A DNA stretch of 62,545 bases, filler included, from Choristocarpus tenellus KU-1152 (Eukaryota; Protista; Phaeophyceae): assembly GCA_964200185.2 (NCBI GenBank). It is 10 parts of 10 records of this genome, joined end to end, with 100 filler letters (N's around TTAATTAATTAA, not from the genome) between each part and the next. Parts side by side here need not be neighbours in the genome. Positions count along the whole stretch, not along the records: positions 9,458 to 22,388 come from CAXNAD020001651.1; positions 22,489 to 25,355 come from CAXNAD020024090.1; positions 25,456 to 29,894 come from CAXNAD020014551.1; 7 more parts are not named here. One strand, written 5' to 3'. The notes beneath the pieces are model-generated. The model was not told where the DNA came from, did not search any database, and worked only from the letters and a program-made list of their open reading frames with translations. The first letter of the stretch is position 1, and the number at the start of each line of letters is the position of its first letter. The translations under genes and the position numbers were made by a program. Shown piece after piece: positions 12,300 through 28,675 of the stretch.

Positions 12300-13730
12300 A
12301 TTCTAGAGTGAACCTAAATCAAAACATCAATTTTATCAGCTACCAATAGATCATCTACGTGGGGGACTATCACAGCACAAAAACGCCATCTCTTACGTAG
12401 CGTAACACACAAGGGTCTGCTTCGCATTGCTCAAAACCACACTTTTCCAAAACATGCACCAACAGATTATTATACTCTCTGCTTGCCTGTTTGGTGCCAT
12501 AACGTGCCTCGATCAAACGCACAATCTTTCCAGATCATATACCACATCCATCACACAAACGAACAGAGATCTCTTCATTTATATCTGATTGTATAAATGC
12601 CTGTTTCACATCCCAATGCTTTTCAATCCCCAATTCTTGTCTGCAGCTAATGCTAAAACCATTTTCAAAGATGCAGGGAACGATGTTGGTGCAAAGGTAT
12701 CTTGGTAACCTAAACCCTCAATCTGTCGAAAACCTTTTGCTACCAATCGCGCCTTGTATCTAACTACCTCACCAAATTTGTTAGTCTTACGCTTGTGAAT
12801 CAATTTAGTGTCTATTGCCATGCTTCCAAGGGGTAATACGGCCTCCACCCAAACATTATTCAACAACAAACCAGACATTTCTTCTGCTCTAGCTCGATCC
12901 CATAAATCACATTCAGGAGAGCTACATGCTGCTCTTACAGTCTTGGGTTCTGGAGGGAATTCATCCGCTAACACTCTAATAGAATCATCACTCGCACACA
13001 TCACAAGGGTAGTCTCTATGGAAACAGACAAACAAGTCATAAAAAATTGGACATGTCAATAACAGCAGCTTTGGCGAAAGTAGGATGATTGTCTGATCTG
13101 GTGCGGTGGGGAAGGATGTTGTCTTCACCATTGCCAATGCTAAGTCGTCGTAATTCCCTTTCACATTGGCTGTCCTTGGTCTCATCCACCCCGTTACCAT
13201 CACCATCATTGCTATCCACTTCCTTATCCCTACTAGCAGAATGTGAAGAGAGAAGAATGAAAGCTACATTCGGGACATATGCAACAGACGTCAGAGTAAC
13301 ATGCACCCACCCATCACGGCCAACATTGAAATCAAAATCAATCTTGCCATACCCCGCAATGGGTAGTGATGTTCCGCTAGCCACGGTTATGTTGGGGCCT
13401 TTTAGACATGTGGTGAAGTCATACATGTGCTGCGAGTCTTTCGTTACACTGTTGGAAGCACCCGAATCAAAACTCCACGTTTTGAAAGCATTCAATCTCA
13501 CCTTGCCATTATCAGCCACAGTGGCTAACATGGTCTTGGACTTCCTTCCTGTTCTAGCCGGTTCCTCTGATCCAGCTAGTACTCCCACCGACTCTAACGG
13601 ATTCGCCCTCTGGCGATATGAACTTACCACCGACTTGGTGGTCCTGTCCTCCTCTGAGGCAAACAGCTTGCTGGTGGCCTCTGCTCCCGCAGCTGTAGCA
13701 CAGTCCTTTATATGTGCAAGGACCTGATAA
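12300..13730 (-). mobile_element. Decayed, internally deleted Ty1/copia retrotransposon (protease plus RT fragments)
   Basis: WSFDSGASNSV protease motif in ORF 13037-13630; YKARLVAKGFRQIEGLGYQDTFAP RT motif in ORF 12606-13040; further broken RT (YVDD-like) toward 12300. No integrase core seen between them. Confidence 0.88.
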
Positions 13731-14396
13731 CACTAGGCTATTCGACAGGGTCGACTGGGTACCAAGGAGTCAAGACCCAGATACTTCCCAAAAATAGTAC
13801 CTCATAGTGGGGGACATGAAATCTCGGTCATAATGCCATCGCTAATGCCCTTGAGGAAAAGAAAACCGAGGTCACATCTTCCATTCGAACACCCCTCATC
13901 ACAATATCACAAGAGAGCAAGACCGAAACGTCCAACAAAAGAAACCAACTTGAACGCAACCTTGTATAGACAGTGGTAATCAGCGCATGTGCGTACTCAT
14001 GCTTCAATTGGTTAGGTGCAGCTTCAGAATGACGAATGTGCACTACATCAACTTCTTTGGCGTCCCTCGTGTATCAATAACACACGGGTGCCACTCGTGT
14101 CAATTTTCTGCCATCGTTAATTACCCTTTTTAACCATGATCAAAACTACTAAAGAAGTCGTGTAAACACGCCCAATAGTGCTTCATCTCTCCATCCTGGT
14201 TCATTTCCATCTGCAACTTCCCACAAGCCATCATCTATGGAAGTCACTCGTTCCCCATGTTGTCAAGTGATCCTGTGAATAGAACCCTCCGTTATTGTAG
14301 GCAGTAGTCGAAGATAGTAGTAAACTTCAAGACTGCAACGATATCAACCCAAACAAACCTTATAGAGTGTATCATTTACAACATGAAGTATATTAA

Positions 14397-14856
14397 GGAG
14401 GAAAGGGGTGATCAAATCTCGTTTTACTACTGATAGTTTCTGTCACTACACAAAATGGTCTCCCAACACGTGTTATGCGCTTTAAGCTGGAGACACCAGG
14501 GAGATGGACAAGGAAGGGCCTGTCAGAGTTTTGGGATACTTCCCTACCTGCTCGCCCTATCTATCTATGGTGTAGGGCTGAACGTAGGTCGAGGCATAGT
14601 AGGAACAGTGGACATAGCATGATACATTAATTTCGATCTTCTATGGGAGTGGTGTAGTATATGTAGTATAGTTGAAAAGTATTAGATTTTGGAGAAACAT
14701 TTATATTATTATACCGTCTAGCATTTTCTGTATGTGTCATATCAAACGTTAATTGATTCACATTTTTTACGATATTTTTTACTGCATTAAAGGTTCTGAC
14801 GTTTGAATGGTTTTTCATTGTTTTTTTCTAATACATCTCCAAAATGTGAGAGGGCA
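14397..14856 (-). repeat. Family D dispersed element (homolog of 35128-35476)
   Basis: Shares GGAGGAAAGGGG...AGCTGGAGACACCAGGGAGATGGACAAGGAAGGGC...TTGGGATAC and the GGTTCTGAC...AAAATGTGAGAGGGCA end, with an extra AT-rich insert. Confidence 0.7.
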
Positions 14857-15086
14857 CATTTTTTTTATTATGTCAGTAGTTAGTATGGTATGAATAATTT
14901 ACGTATATTTTTTATCATACGTATCGTTAACGTTATGACGAACTTTATATACATGACATTGCGTGACATCATCACTTTCAATCTCTTAATTTTTTTGGAC
15001 ACTCTCAAATCAGTCGCTTGTCTGAACGTTACCGTTTTCGGAATAAAAACTCTAACGTTGTTGTAGAGATTGCATTATGATAGGAG

Positions 15087-15380
15087 TCTGTAAAATGTCA
15101 GAGAGCATAATAATCAAAATTGTTTATTAAAATTGTTTTCATAGGAGGATGAAGCATGATAGTAGTATGATGGGGATAGAACTTAACTTGATCTTACCAC
15201 ACAATATTAAGTTAATTAAGGTGGTGGAGATGATAGATTTTGGAGAGTTGTTAAGAATGCAATTACATACAACGATAACTTATTATTATTATTATGCCCT
15301 CTGACATTTTGCAGATGTGTCAGAGGGAAACCAATGAAAACTATTCACATGTCAGTAACAATCCTAAAGAAGTAAAATAT
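15087..15380. repeat. Back-to-back family D ends (AAAATGTCAGAGAGCA ... TGCCCTCTGACATTTT); another end at about 16197
   Basis: Same terminal motif as 35476/35598; perfect hairpin CCCTCTGACA-11nt-TGTCAGAGGG at 15297-15327. Confidence 0.65.
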
Positions 15381-16560
15381 GTTATGGTTTAAATATTTTT
15401 TTATCATATGTATAGTATGTATATAGTATCATATCTTCACGTTAACTTTCCTTTTCGGACTTGTCCAATTTGTCACTAATAAAACACCAAACTCGACTAC
15501 TATTCCAAATATAATTACAATAATACTGCTACTATTGATTCAAATGTTCTACTATTGTTGTACAACTCTACTGATCGCTACTACATGTATTAAAATCTAA
15601 ATGTTTGTGCACCACCAATAATTCTGGTACTCTCTTTGTTCCTTGGTTCTTATAGTTTGGGTTCAGCCATCTGCCATCCTATAACATTTATTTTTTTCCA
15701 CCTCTTCGCTCGACCTTGCCATGTTCTTCATTAAAACATACAATATCGCATGACTCCCAATATCGCATGACTCCCAAGTGTGTCAGAGTTCAATGTCCAT
15801 TTGTTGGTGGATCTGTCATGTATAACATATTGCTCCAAAATTTTATTTATTTTAATTGTAGAACCAGTCTACAACCTTTTTGGATGCACTCATTGATATC
15901 GGTAACTACCAGTGAGACAAAATATCACAGGTTAATTCCTGATGTTCCCTCAAAGGTGAAGAAAGTTGTTTCATTTTTATTATTGGGGTTCATTACGTTT
16001 GTACATCTACTTCCACTCCTGAATGTGGAATGCGCCTCCTTTTTTAGGTACTAAACGTAAATAGTTTCTGCGCTCAACTCGGACACCTTCATCCCTAATC
16101 CCCTACACTCTCTGTCATAGTTCAATCTCTTGACTCTTGTGTTCCGTGTGCGACCTGTCCATAACGTCAGTATAGTATATTATATAATATTTTAAAGCCC
16201 TCTGACGTTTTAAAGATGTGTCACAAAAAAATCCAACATAAATAATGATAATATGAAAAGTCAATCAAATATGATAAGAACCCCTATCGTCATGGGTGAA
16301 CATATGTTCTGGAATAAATTACGTATCATTCCGTAACTCTAAATGTAGCATCATATTCAATTTTCCCGAAGAATTTCCACTTAAAAAATGGCAGTTGACT
16401 AATTAGCGCGCGCTTTCTTCGCGCTTTCGCGCGATTGCGATGGGGCTGGTGTTTGGTGTGTCGGGGCTTGTTCTGTCACGTTCATTCCCTACACATATTT
16501 CCATCGTGGTTAAAGTGTGAGCCTTCTGTCAATCGCACTAGTCGTTCACCTGTCACTATT

Positions 16561-19346
<2,786 letters not shown>

Positions 19347-22282
19347 ATATAATGTGCTATACAGAAACGTGATTTTGTGGCTTGAGGGCCTGAATTGTGA
19401 ATGGATTCCCACTTCCAACATATAGTCCCTGTGATAGAGGTTGTAACAGTGGTTTTCCATACAGAAATGTGTATGTTTAGCATCCTACTGATGGGACCTT
19501 TATCGTTGTCATTGTAGCTGAGTTTTGGCTACGAGGTGGAAATTGAAATCCTGATTCAAGAATCAGGAGTGAGATCAGCCTTTTTCCCATCTCAACAGTG
19601 TAAAGGAGATGAGCAGGGGAGAAGTAATGAACGTGGGTGGGGGGGAAGATCCCCCACCTACAGAGTGGACTCTTCTGTTTCTCACAAGTTATACGCGGGA
19701 ACTTGGAACGGAAAGGACAGTAAAATTGTTGTGTCTCTGTTTTCCCTCTTCCCTCACCTTGCATTTGCCTTGAAAGTTACTGTGAGGGTGGATACTGGAA
19801 GGTATGCGTACATAATATATCTGCAGCACAGTGAGTGTGATGTCTGAGAAGGTTTGGGTTGATAATCGAAAGGTATGATATTTTTTGATTATTTACTTCC
19901 CTTTTCCATCCCTCGTGTGTGTTGTTTTTGTGGGATCCCCCCTAAAAGTGAGTTTGTGTGTATTGCATTATATCTGGGGGTATATTATCCGTTACCCAGT
20001 CTTTTCTCCCCCCTTTGGAAAGTGTGGATTATGTGCTGTCCATCGATGGGGTTTGTTGAGGTGTTGTATGCCTCACTTCACTCCTTTATTTTTCTCACAG
20101 TCCTCAGGTGTACAGTTTCCTTTTTTTGGTAGAGAGTTCTCTTCCCCTCTGCATAATGTTCACACAATGCCAGGCGCCAGCAGTTTATTATTGTTTGGAG
20201 ACAGGATGTGATTGTGATCAGTGACTACACCTATTGAATCGCTCCATGTCCTCCTTGTCGAAGCTTCTTCATTTTTTTGCCGTCAGTGTAGCATGTAACG
20301 ATGTGTGTCATATTTCGTAGGTACGTTCCCTGTACGCTTTTACTGGGTTAATGTTGAGCTGGCTTCTGGGTTTACTCTTGTAAGAAGCAGAAATTATGGA
20401 TGTATGCTGTCTTTTCTGGTATCAAGGTGTGTGGGGGTAAGTTAAGTCAACTGCACTATAGAGCATAGTAGGTTACTAAAAATGTTATTTAAGGACTCCT
20501 TGTACCAACTTGTCAAGGTCAAATAAATGATGAAATATCAGAAGTATGCTATGGGGACAACTTTGTTTACATTTGGGTGTAATCGGTCGTCCAAATACCC
20601 ATCGAACACAGATTCAAGATTAGATGGCTTCTGTTGCTTGTCGTTCAAGTGTGTACAAACAGGAGGATAACATGTACAGTGTAACACCGGACCGTTTCCC
20701 TGAATGGAGAAGTGGCGTTTTTCGAAAAATCGTGTGATACGTCGCTCTCTGTTACACGAATCGGACTACGATTCTTGACTTCAATTGATTCAAAGTTTCT
20801 GAGAGGGGGTGATTGTACATTTCGAGCCAATTTTGTCATAACATGATATTTTGGTTATTTGATTTCATACTTTTGATGGATAATGAAAGTGCACTTTCCT
20901 TGGTTTTGGTTTAAGAGGACACTCTGGTACAGATACCCCCCCCGCCCACCCCCCAGATAGTTTTGGTCATTTGGAAATGTATCCAGTAGTCTAAATTATC
21001 GTCTACTTTTTATCCTCTTTCCTGTATGGGTATGCGGATTTCGTAGTAGATTGTGGCTCTATCCGACACAGGCACATATTCAATGTATAATCTAATGTAC
21101 TTCAATCGGGAACCTTACGGGGATGACATAATTACTCCGCGAGTCACGTTAATTTGACTTACCATGAAATAAGTTGTCCCTTGACTGACTCCCACATAGT
21201 ACGAGTTTTTTACTAAATTGCATTCCGAAACGACACAAGTTTTGACACACTTGATCAGGCATGTACCTAGTGGAATAGAAAACATAGACGATTGAGCAGG
21301 GATAGGAAATACTGAATGTCATATACAGCGCCCCTCGATTTGTGGAAGGGGAATCGCTGGCATTAAAGTGTCCAACAGGGCATACTGATTAAAAGGAATT
21401 CAATGACGACCGTGCCCCAATCTGATTCACTGTTTGAGGAGATACCAACATGTCACATATACAGATAGATGTGACCTCTTGGTATATTCTTTATTAACTC
21501 TACAGTTTTGAAGGATAGTCTTAACTGATAATGTAGTGATAATGAGAGATTGATCATATCGTAGGGTGTAGCATAGTATGTTGGGATACGTATGCAATGC
21601 AGTCAAGTTCTATGCTGAGATGGGTGTTTAGGATAGGGAGTTCATTGTTTTTGTCTCTCAGACCGAAGTCCTTCATTGTGATCAGGCGTGACGGTTGTTC
21701 CAATTGAATGTTTTGAGATTAGTTAGGAAACGTGACAAACATATCACACTAAAAGTGGAGTGTTTTGGAGTACATGGATACTGTACAGGACAGATTGTTA
21801 AGTGAACCCACTAAAAAGGTGCTCGGAATAATGTTGTAAAACAGGGACAATAACGATATTATTACGATTATACACACGTTACTAAATATGATCAATTTAT
21901 GGCGAACTTCACTATTATTATTATCAAACGATAGGATTTCTGGAACATGGAATACGACCTTCTGTTTTGGTCATACGCCACTACCCCTCATGGGTATGGT
22001 ACAAGAACAGTGCGTTTTTTTAGGATCGCAACACCATTGGAGTCTTGGCTTTGGACACAACCATCTTTTATCTCTCTTTCTGTGAAAGATGAAGAGTCCA
22101 AGCATTTTTTATGTGTTATTTATATATTAGACAGGTTGATGGTACACAGGTGCGTGTTGTACACGTACACATGCTACGTAATAGGCATGCATATGCTCAC
22201 TACTTATATTACTGTCCTTAAACTGATCTGTGTTGACTCTCGTTCATTGCCGTGACTTCCACAACCAGTGTTGGCAATGTCA

Positions 22283-22388
22283 GATTCCAAGTATCTGGGG
22301 GGGGGGGAGGTAGCGGCTGTCCGTCTGGGGCCAATTTTCCATGTCGCGGTTTTTGGGTGATTTGGTTTCATGCGTCGGATCGATAATA
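22283..22388 (-). mobile_element. MITE family B, partial, truncated by spacer
   Basis: AAGTATCTGGGGGGG..GCGGCTGTCCGTCTGGGG..ATGTCGCG is the reverse complement of the family B right end. Confidence 0.78.
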
Positions 22389-22488
22389 NNNNNNNNNNNN
22401 NNNNNNNNNNNNNNNNNNNNNNNNNNNNNNNNTTAATTAATTAANNNNNNNNNNNNNNNNNNNNNNNNNNNNNNNNNNNNNNNNNNNN

Positions 22489-22701
22489 AAAATCCAATGT
22501 TCCGATTTTGATGTAATCTTGACTATTGTGTTTTTTAGGAAGTGTCAATATCCTTGTTCCGCACACACCTTTTCATAACGTATAAATATTACCTACTCCG
22601 AAACATATCGGAGTATAAAAATGTCATAAAACACCTGTGGGAAGCCAAGCACCAAATGGACAAACAGGGCAAGACTCGTACCCTCTAAGATACTTTCACT
22701 C
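22489..22701 (+). mobile_element. MITE family A, partial (5' end in gap)
   Basis: Internal sequence plus right TIR TACCCTCTAAGATACTTTCACTC. Confidence 0.88.
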
Positions 22702-23927
22702 ATCGCCTCTTAAAGGGGTGGGCACATGGGTTCCAAGTGAGTGATGTATAATGTAGGAGAAAACAGGAGTAATATGAAGGGGTTTGTTTTCTTGACATCT
22801 ATAGTTGTATTACATTGCTTCACCTTTCAAGTACATTGGTTTGGGAAGGGTAGGAATGTTTGATCAATTGTAAGCCTTGATGAAAATGTTTTGAATATAT
22901 GCTTTGCACAAAATATCTCTACAAAGTGCAGAGGGGGATGCTGTGCACTGGAACGTGAAATAGGTATCTTCACTATCTGACCAAAGGAGAATGAGGTACA
23001 TTGAGAAATTCTGCGGAGTTTGGTTTGGGTGTTGAGATGTCACAAGAATGATAAACACAGCCGGGCTACCCTTGCTTCCTTCCGGTCACCCACATGCTCA
23101 AACAGATCCTGCTGTCAGGTCACGGCATGCAGCCTTGACTCTGTGGAGGAAGCACAAGTGAAATGAGTACAACCTTCACAACTGACATCCCAAGTCCAAA
23201 TTTTAACACGTAGCTGTACCGAGACTCTCCTCACGGAAGCCTCTTACTGCCATGCTCAGCTTCCAACTTCGGTCCATCCCTGCAGCCTTTTTCTTACATT
23301 AAGTAGAAATAAGTTCAATAGCAATGAGGTGAATCTCCTCTCCTTATGCGTCAAGAGCCAAAGTAAACGAGAGATACCCAGGTTTAGACCAATTTGCATT
23401 TTAGATCTCTTTTCCAATCTTTTGCATCTCACCCATATTTATGTGGATGAACTTCTAAGTTTGACCTCTGAGATTGCTTCTCTATTGTGTGAAAAATTCT
23501 CACACAATCACAAAATATCCTGTAAATATTTGTAAAAAAGCAGAATATTGCACAAATTTGTCAGTGTCCTTGAAATGAAACTCTGAGTACCTGTTATTTT
23601 CTTGACTCCAGCCTCTCCTGTATTTCTTTTCTTGGGCTGCTCGTTGAAGTTTGACAACTTCATTAATACTTGGTACTGTGAAGACAAAAAGAAGTAGTTG
23701 TCCATGCACACCAGGTGAGGATCATCTTCTGTGTAAATATATTTGTGGGGAGTGAGCAGGCAACAAACAGCAAGTAATGATGTGTGCTATTTGAGATCCA
23801 AACATCATACTTAAGGGCACTTTGCTGTACATGGCAGGAATGTGGATGTACCACTAAAGTGCTGTCTCCTGTAATGAGCAGAACAAAGTAGACATGGACA
23901 GAGGGACCTTACAACATATTAACAAAG

Positions 23928-24185
23928 GAGCCAAAGTATCTTAGAGGGTAGAGCCGCGTCCATTTGGGGGCCAAAATCCAATGTTGCGATTTCGATGTAA
24001 TTTTGTCTATCGTGTTTGTTAGGAAGTGCCAACATCCTTGTTCTGGACACATCTTTTCATAACATATACATTTTACCTGCTCTGAATTTTTTTCGAGTGG
24101 GAAAATGTCATACGAACCCCAATGGAAACCAAGCCCCAAATGGACAAACAGGGCAAAATTCGTACCCTCTAAGATACTTTCACTC
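23928..24185 (+). mobile_element. MITE family A copy
   Basis: GAGCCAAAGTATCTTAGAGGGTA...TACCCTCTAAGATACTTTCACTC; TSD AAAG/AAAG. Confidence 0.95.
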
Positions 24186-26030
24186 AAAGGGCACCAACCA
24201 GTTTACATGGGCTGCTCAATAGCATGACGTAATAATGCAAAATGGTAGTGCACAGTCTTGCACGTGTATGTCAGCATCCACTTCATTATGGGCAGAACTA
24301 AAACCCAACAACCTCCCATAATAGATGGTGGTGAGCGTAATTGAGATAGAAACCTATTCATCATTTCGGATTTTGCTTTTTTTGTTGGGGTTCCTGGAAA
24401 GAAGCATCGTGTTCTGAAACAACTTTATGAAGATTGGGCCAGATAGTATAGGCACTTCAATGTTGTCTAGTTACTGTGGCTGGAGGTACAATTTAATAAT
24501 TGCTTCAAATTTGTATAGTAGATGCAGAGCAGGTGCCATTGAGGTCGTTGTAGTCAGTTGAGCAAGGCCAGATGATGACTGGGTAAGGTCGATCAATCAA
24601 ACCACTTGGCTTTGTGCCTTCACGCCCAAGTGAATATTCTGTCCAAATACAATCTAAGTAAGAGGTGTACACAAACACTCAACAGGGTTGCGCCTATATT
24701 CAACATATTTACTGCAGAGGTATGGCTCACATTATGCGTTGTTCATAAGTTTCAACATCTTTTATAAGGGGTAATGTAGACGCTGATTGTAGATATTACA
24801 CAGCTCTTATCTAATCACTACTCCGTATCTATTTGATGCACAATAAGGTTCAGGCAGTGGAGAGCGTTGACTAGAGCGTTTGAAACTGTATAGTGATATA
24901 GACAATGAGGTGTCAGACTATATTTGTTTGGACACAAATTGGTTTCTTTCCATCTCAATTTTGTTTGTTCTAGACAACCTTGTGTGTCCTCAACGGTGCG
25001 AGGAGTAGGGATACCATATCAGGTCACTGTGTCAAAATCGACCAGGAATATTGGCAGCAATGGGTATCCATCTCAGATACCCTACAGGGGTGTATTTGCT
25101 ACAGCACGCTCCAGAAGCTTACCTCCACAGGATGTATATCTCCAATCTTGAGGCCTATAGATTACGCTGATGCACGTATAGGACTCCTGATGAACAAGTC
25201 ATCAAATATGCTGTATCTCTCACTTGGGTTATTCCCTTCATAAGTATAAGTACGGTCAATATCATCACATAAAAAGGGAGTCTGATAATAATAAATAGTA
25301 AATAAATAGTCAAGAAGTACAAATATATCAAATCTAGGTCTTCAAGGTCATAATGNNNNNNNNNNNNNNNNNNNNNNNNNNNNNNNNNNNNNNNNNNNNT
25401 TAATTAATTAANNNNNNNNNNNNNNNNNNNNNNNNNNNNNNNNNNNNNNNNNNNNGGGGGAGGGGGGATCCTTGTGTATGCTGTGCCATGCGTGGGGGAG
25501 GGGGAGTACCTGTTGCGGCAGATGGTCAAGGTGATTCTTTTTTTTTTACCAGCATTAACGATGTGTAGGTATTTGTGCTTATATATATGTGTGTGTGTAT
25601 GTTTCTATGTATTATGTATGCATATATGTATGTTTTGTTTTGTTTTGTTTTCATTGTGTTGAGATGATGTATGGTTTGTTGTTGGGGATAGGGATCAGAA
25701 AGACTGTTGGATTAGGGTTAGGGCTGGGAATATGATTTGTTCTCCTAACTGGCAGTACTGTTGTTGTGCTCTATCGTGTTTGTGTATATATACATACATA
25801 CATACATACATACACATTCATTATGTGTGTGTAGTGTGTGTGTGAGTTTAGTTACTATATGTGTGTTTAGTTTCTATTTGTTTAGGCTTATTTTGAATTA
25901 ATTACGTCCATATTTGTTGATGGATGGGGATGACGCCACTCTCTTTAGGAAAAGGATGCTATTTCCAATGGCATTTTTTATTTACACAACCCTTTGTCTT
26001 GTGTGTGTGTGCATGTGTGCCCATGTGCAG

Positions 26031-28078
26031 ATTGATCGAGAATCTGGAAGGCGTTTGCTCTTCCCGAAGGTGGTTGATCCATGCTTTAAGGCATCCTTTG
26101 GGAAGCCACGTCGGGAACTTTATAATGTGAGGGGATGCTGTTATCAAGATGGCAATGCAACAGTGTTGAAGTAGGATTGATGTTGATCAGATTATGGTCT
26201 TTGAATATCTAAAATATCAAAAAAATATCAAAGAAATATCTATACATGTCTATAGAAACATTGAAATATGATCATATGTCACAATTATTATATACACTAC
26301 TATACTTATTATAATAGTACATACCCTACAGATTCCACTCTGTACAAGGTATAGGGATTCAAAGAAAACCCATGCAAGGTTAGGAAAAGCATCTGATCTT
26401 TTTTTTTATTCTGACAAGTCAAAGTGTTATTTGAGGGTTAGGGCCGCATCCGTTCGGGTTCATAAATCCATTTTTGCTGTTTTGACATAATTTTGACTAT
26501 ATCGTGTTTGTTAGCGAGTGTCAATCAATATCCTTGTTCCGGACACACACAGTTTCGTAGTCGTGTACATCTTAAGTAACTGTATTCACTCAGAAAAAAG
26601 AAAAAGGGCATTAAAAAAAAAAGCCCGTGGTAAGCCAAAAGGCTCAAACAGACAAATTAAAACAGGGCAAGGCTCCTACCGTCTTAAATTTTTTTACTCC
26701 ACATCATTCCGATCTTCTGGGATATCTAGTCAGGCGTAAACTACAACTAACTGTACTACGTCCTAGCTGGGGTGTGCTATTTCTTGGGCAGGCAGATTCT
26801 TCCATCCCGTAGCTTCTTGACCCCACCTCCTGAGTCGAAGTATATTAGAGGGTAGAGCCGGGTCCGTTTGGGGGCCAAAATCCAATGTTGCGCTTTTGTC
26901 CTAATTTTGGCCATATCGTGTTTGTTAGGAAGTGTCAATATCCTTGTTCGGGACACATGTTTTCGTAACAGATAAATTTTACCTACTTCGAGATATTTCG
27001 GAGTAGGTAAAATGTCTTAGAAAAACACGTGGGAAGTCAAGCCCCAAATGGACAAACAGGGCAAAATTCGTACCCTCTAAGATACTGTCACTCTCCTCCT
27101 CCTTGGAATCTATTGCTTAGTTAAGACCCAGCGCTGCCTCTTGGCAATGAAGCAACGCTCATAGAATTGTCATGACATCCTCTTCGGAGCTTACAGTATG
27201 TACAAGAGCCCCACACGCACTTCAAACATAATAAAAATATATGAGAGGGTTTCTTGCACCCCAATCAAGCTCCAACCTCCCCCAGACACACTTCATTGTG
27301 TACATGTACAGTATTCATGTTAAGTATTTACTATACTTGGATAAAAATTGTAACAATTTTAGATATATGTATAATTATTTACACACACACTCATGTGTGG
27401 ATGAAAATAAGGTTGAGGAGATGTGTTTCTTTCTTCCAGTCTGTATATGTTGTGAAGATTATATCTATGAGGGATGTAACCAGTCTGTACTTACGAAGAT
27501 TACGTAATCTTGAGGAATGCAACCACTCTGTACTTGTTGTGAAGATGATACCATCTTTGAGGGATACAAGCAGCAACAGTCTATCAAACTACAACCCACT
27601 AGATGAAACAACTGTCAAATACATCTACATCTGTAGATCTATATATATATATATTATTTTCCTGGTGTTGTGGGCATGTGAATTATTAACATTAATGTTA
27701 TCATTAATATTATCATTATTATTATCATTATTACTATCATTAATTCTATCATCAATACTATCATTAATACTACCATTAATACTATCATTATTACTATCAT
27801 AAATACTATCATCAATATTATCATTAATACTATCATTATTACTGTCATCAAAGGTGTGGCAACAGTTACAACGCAGTGGACTGTTGGTGGACCTTCTATA
27901 TGGGGCAAGTGTCTGGGAAGTCATATTCGAGAATTGGGAGACACTTCATGATGCGCCTGCTGAGAAAGATGCAATTCAGCCAACCCCAGATGCCATGGAG
28001 ATACTGGGAAATAGTGGCACCACCAACATCGCTGCCAAACATGAGGAAGGGCCTCGACTTGGCCTGGAGGAGGCAGAG
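26031..28078 (+). CDS. Candidate internal exons of an unknown protein (about 26031-26126 and 27854-28078)
   Basis: cag|ATTGATCGAGAA...TATAAT|gtgagg and aag|GTGTGGCAA...GCAGAG|gtgtgt are open, splice-bounded segments; no recognisable motif. Confidence 0.3.
26416..26699 (+). mobile_element. MITE family A2, degenerate copy
   Basis: AGTCAAAGTG..GAGGGTTAGGGCCGCATCCGTTCGGG...CTCCTACCGTCTTAAAT; similar to the copy at 10991. Confidence 0.72.
26832..27093 (+). mobile_element. MITE family A copy
   Basis: GAG...CTC termini; TSD TCCT/TCCT. Confidence 0.93.
27686..27850. repeat. Degenerate 12-bp (TATCATTAATAC-like) tandem repeat
   Basis: Direct reading; it produces the spurious Leu/Ile/Asn-rich ORFs in this region. 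Confidence 0.85.
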
Positions 28079-28139
28079 GTGTGTGATGAGTACATGTGTA
28101 AACAGTTGAGGACTGAATATCGCCAGAAGAATAGCCAAT

Positions 28140-28345
28140 TTACTATCTTGCCGATTTTTTATCTTTCCGACTTGCTATCTGTCCGATTTTTTTCTGCCTG
28201 GTTTATTATCTGTCCAATTTGTTACCTATCTGATTTGCTGTCCAAATTTTCTGCCTGAATTGTTATCTGCCCAATTTATTGTCTGTCTGACTTTTTTCCT
28301 ATCTGTCGTCTTTATCTGTCCAATATTTTTTAATCTATTAGGGTA
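28140..28345. repeat. Array of degenerate TTATCTGTCC(G/A)ATTT sub-repeats
   Basis: About ten 15-22-bp variants in tandem, ending in TCTATTAGGGTA. Confidence 0.6.
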
Positions 28346-28537
28346 CCATTACAAACGTTGGCAGGTAGGTAAGTTTGGCTTGTCAGGGGACAGCATTATT
28401 TGGTATGCCTTTGATGCCCTCAATTTTTGTGCGTGTACACAATTTTTGGACGATCAAATCAAAAGCTTTTATGGTTTAATTCACATAGATTAGCTGGATT
28501 TTGGGAGCATTGTGGCAAGTCACTCCTGCCCCCCCCC

Positions 28538-28577
<40 letters not shown>

Positions 28578-28642
28578 TATATNNNNNNNNNGAAAAACAG
28601 GTTTGGGGGGAAATGGGGAAAAAAGAGTGTAATTTACAAAAA

Positions 28643-28675
<33 letters not shown>

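Noticed and set aside
13089-13727. 212-aa plus-strand ORF
   Set aside because: It is the antisense shadow of the copia protease region.
21100-25250. Possible decayed transposase in this gene-poor region (e.g. WNTTFCFGH), a candidate partner for the MITEs
   Set aside because: No extended frame or recognisable DDE/DDD motif; a translated HMM search would be needed.
27254-27924. Leu/Ile-rich transmembrane-looking and Asn/Asp-rich ORFs
   Set aside because: They are produced by the 12-bp tandem repeat.
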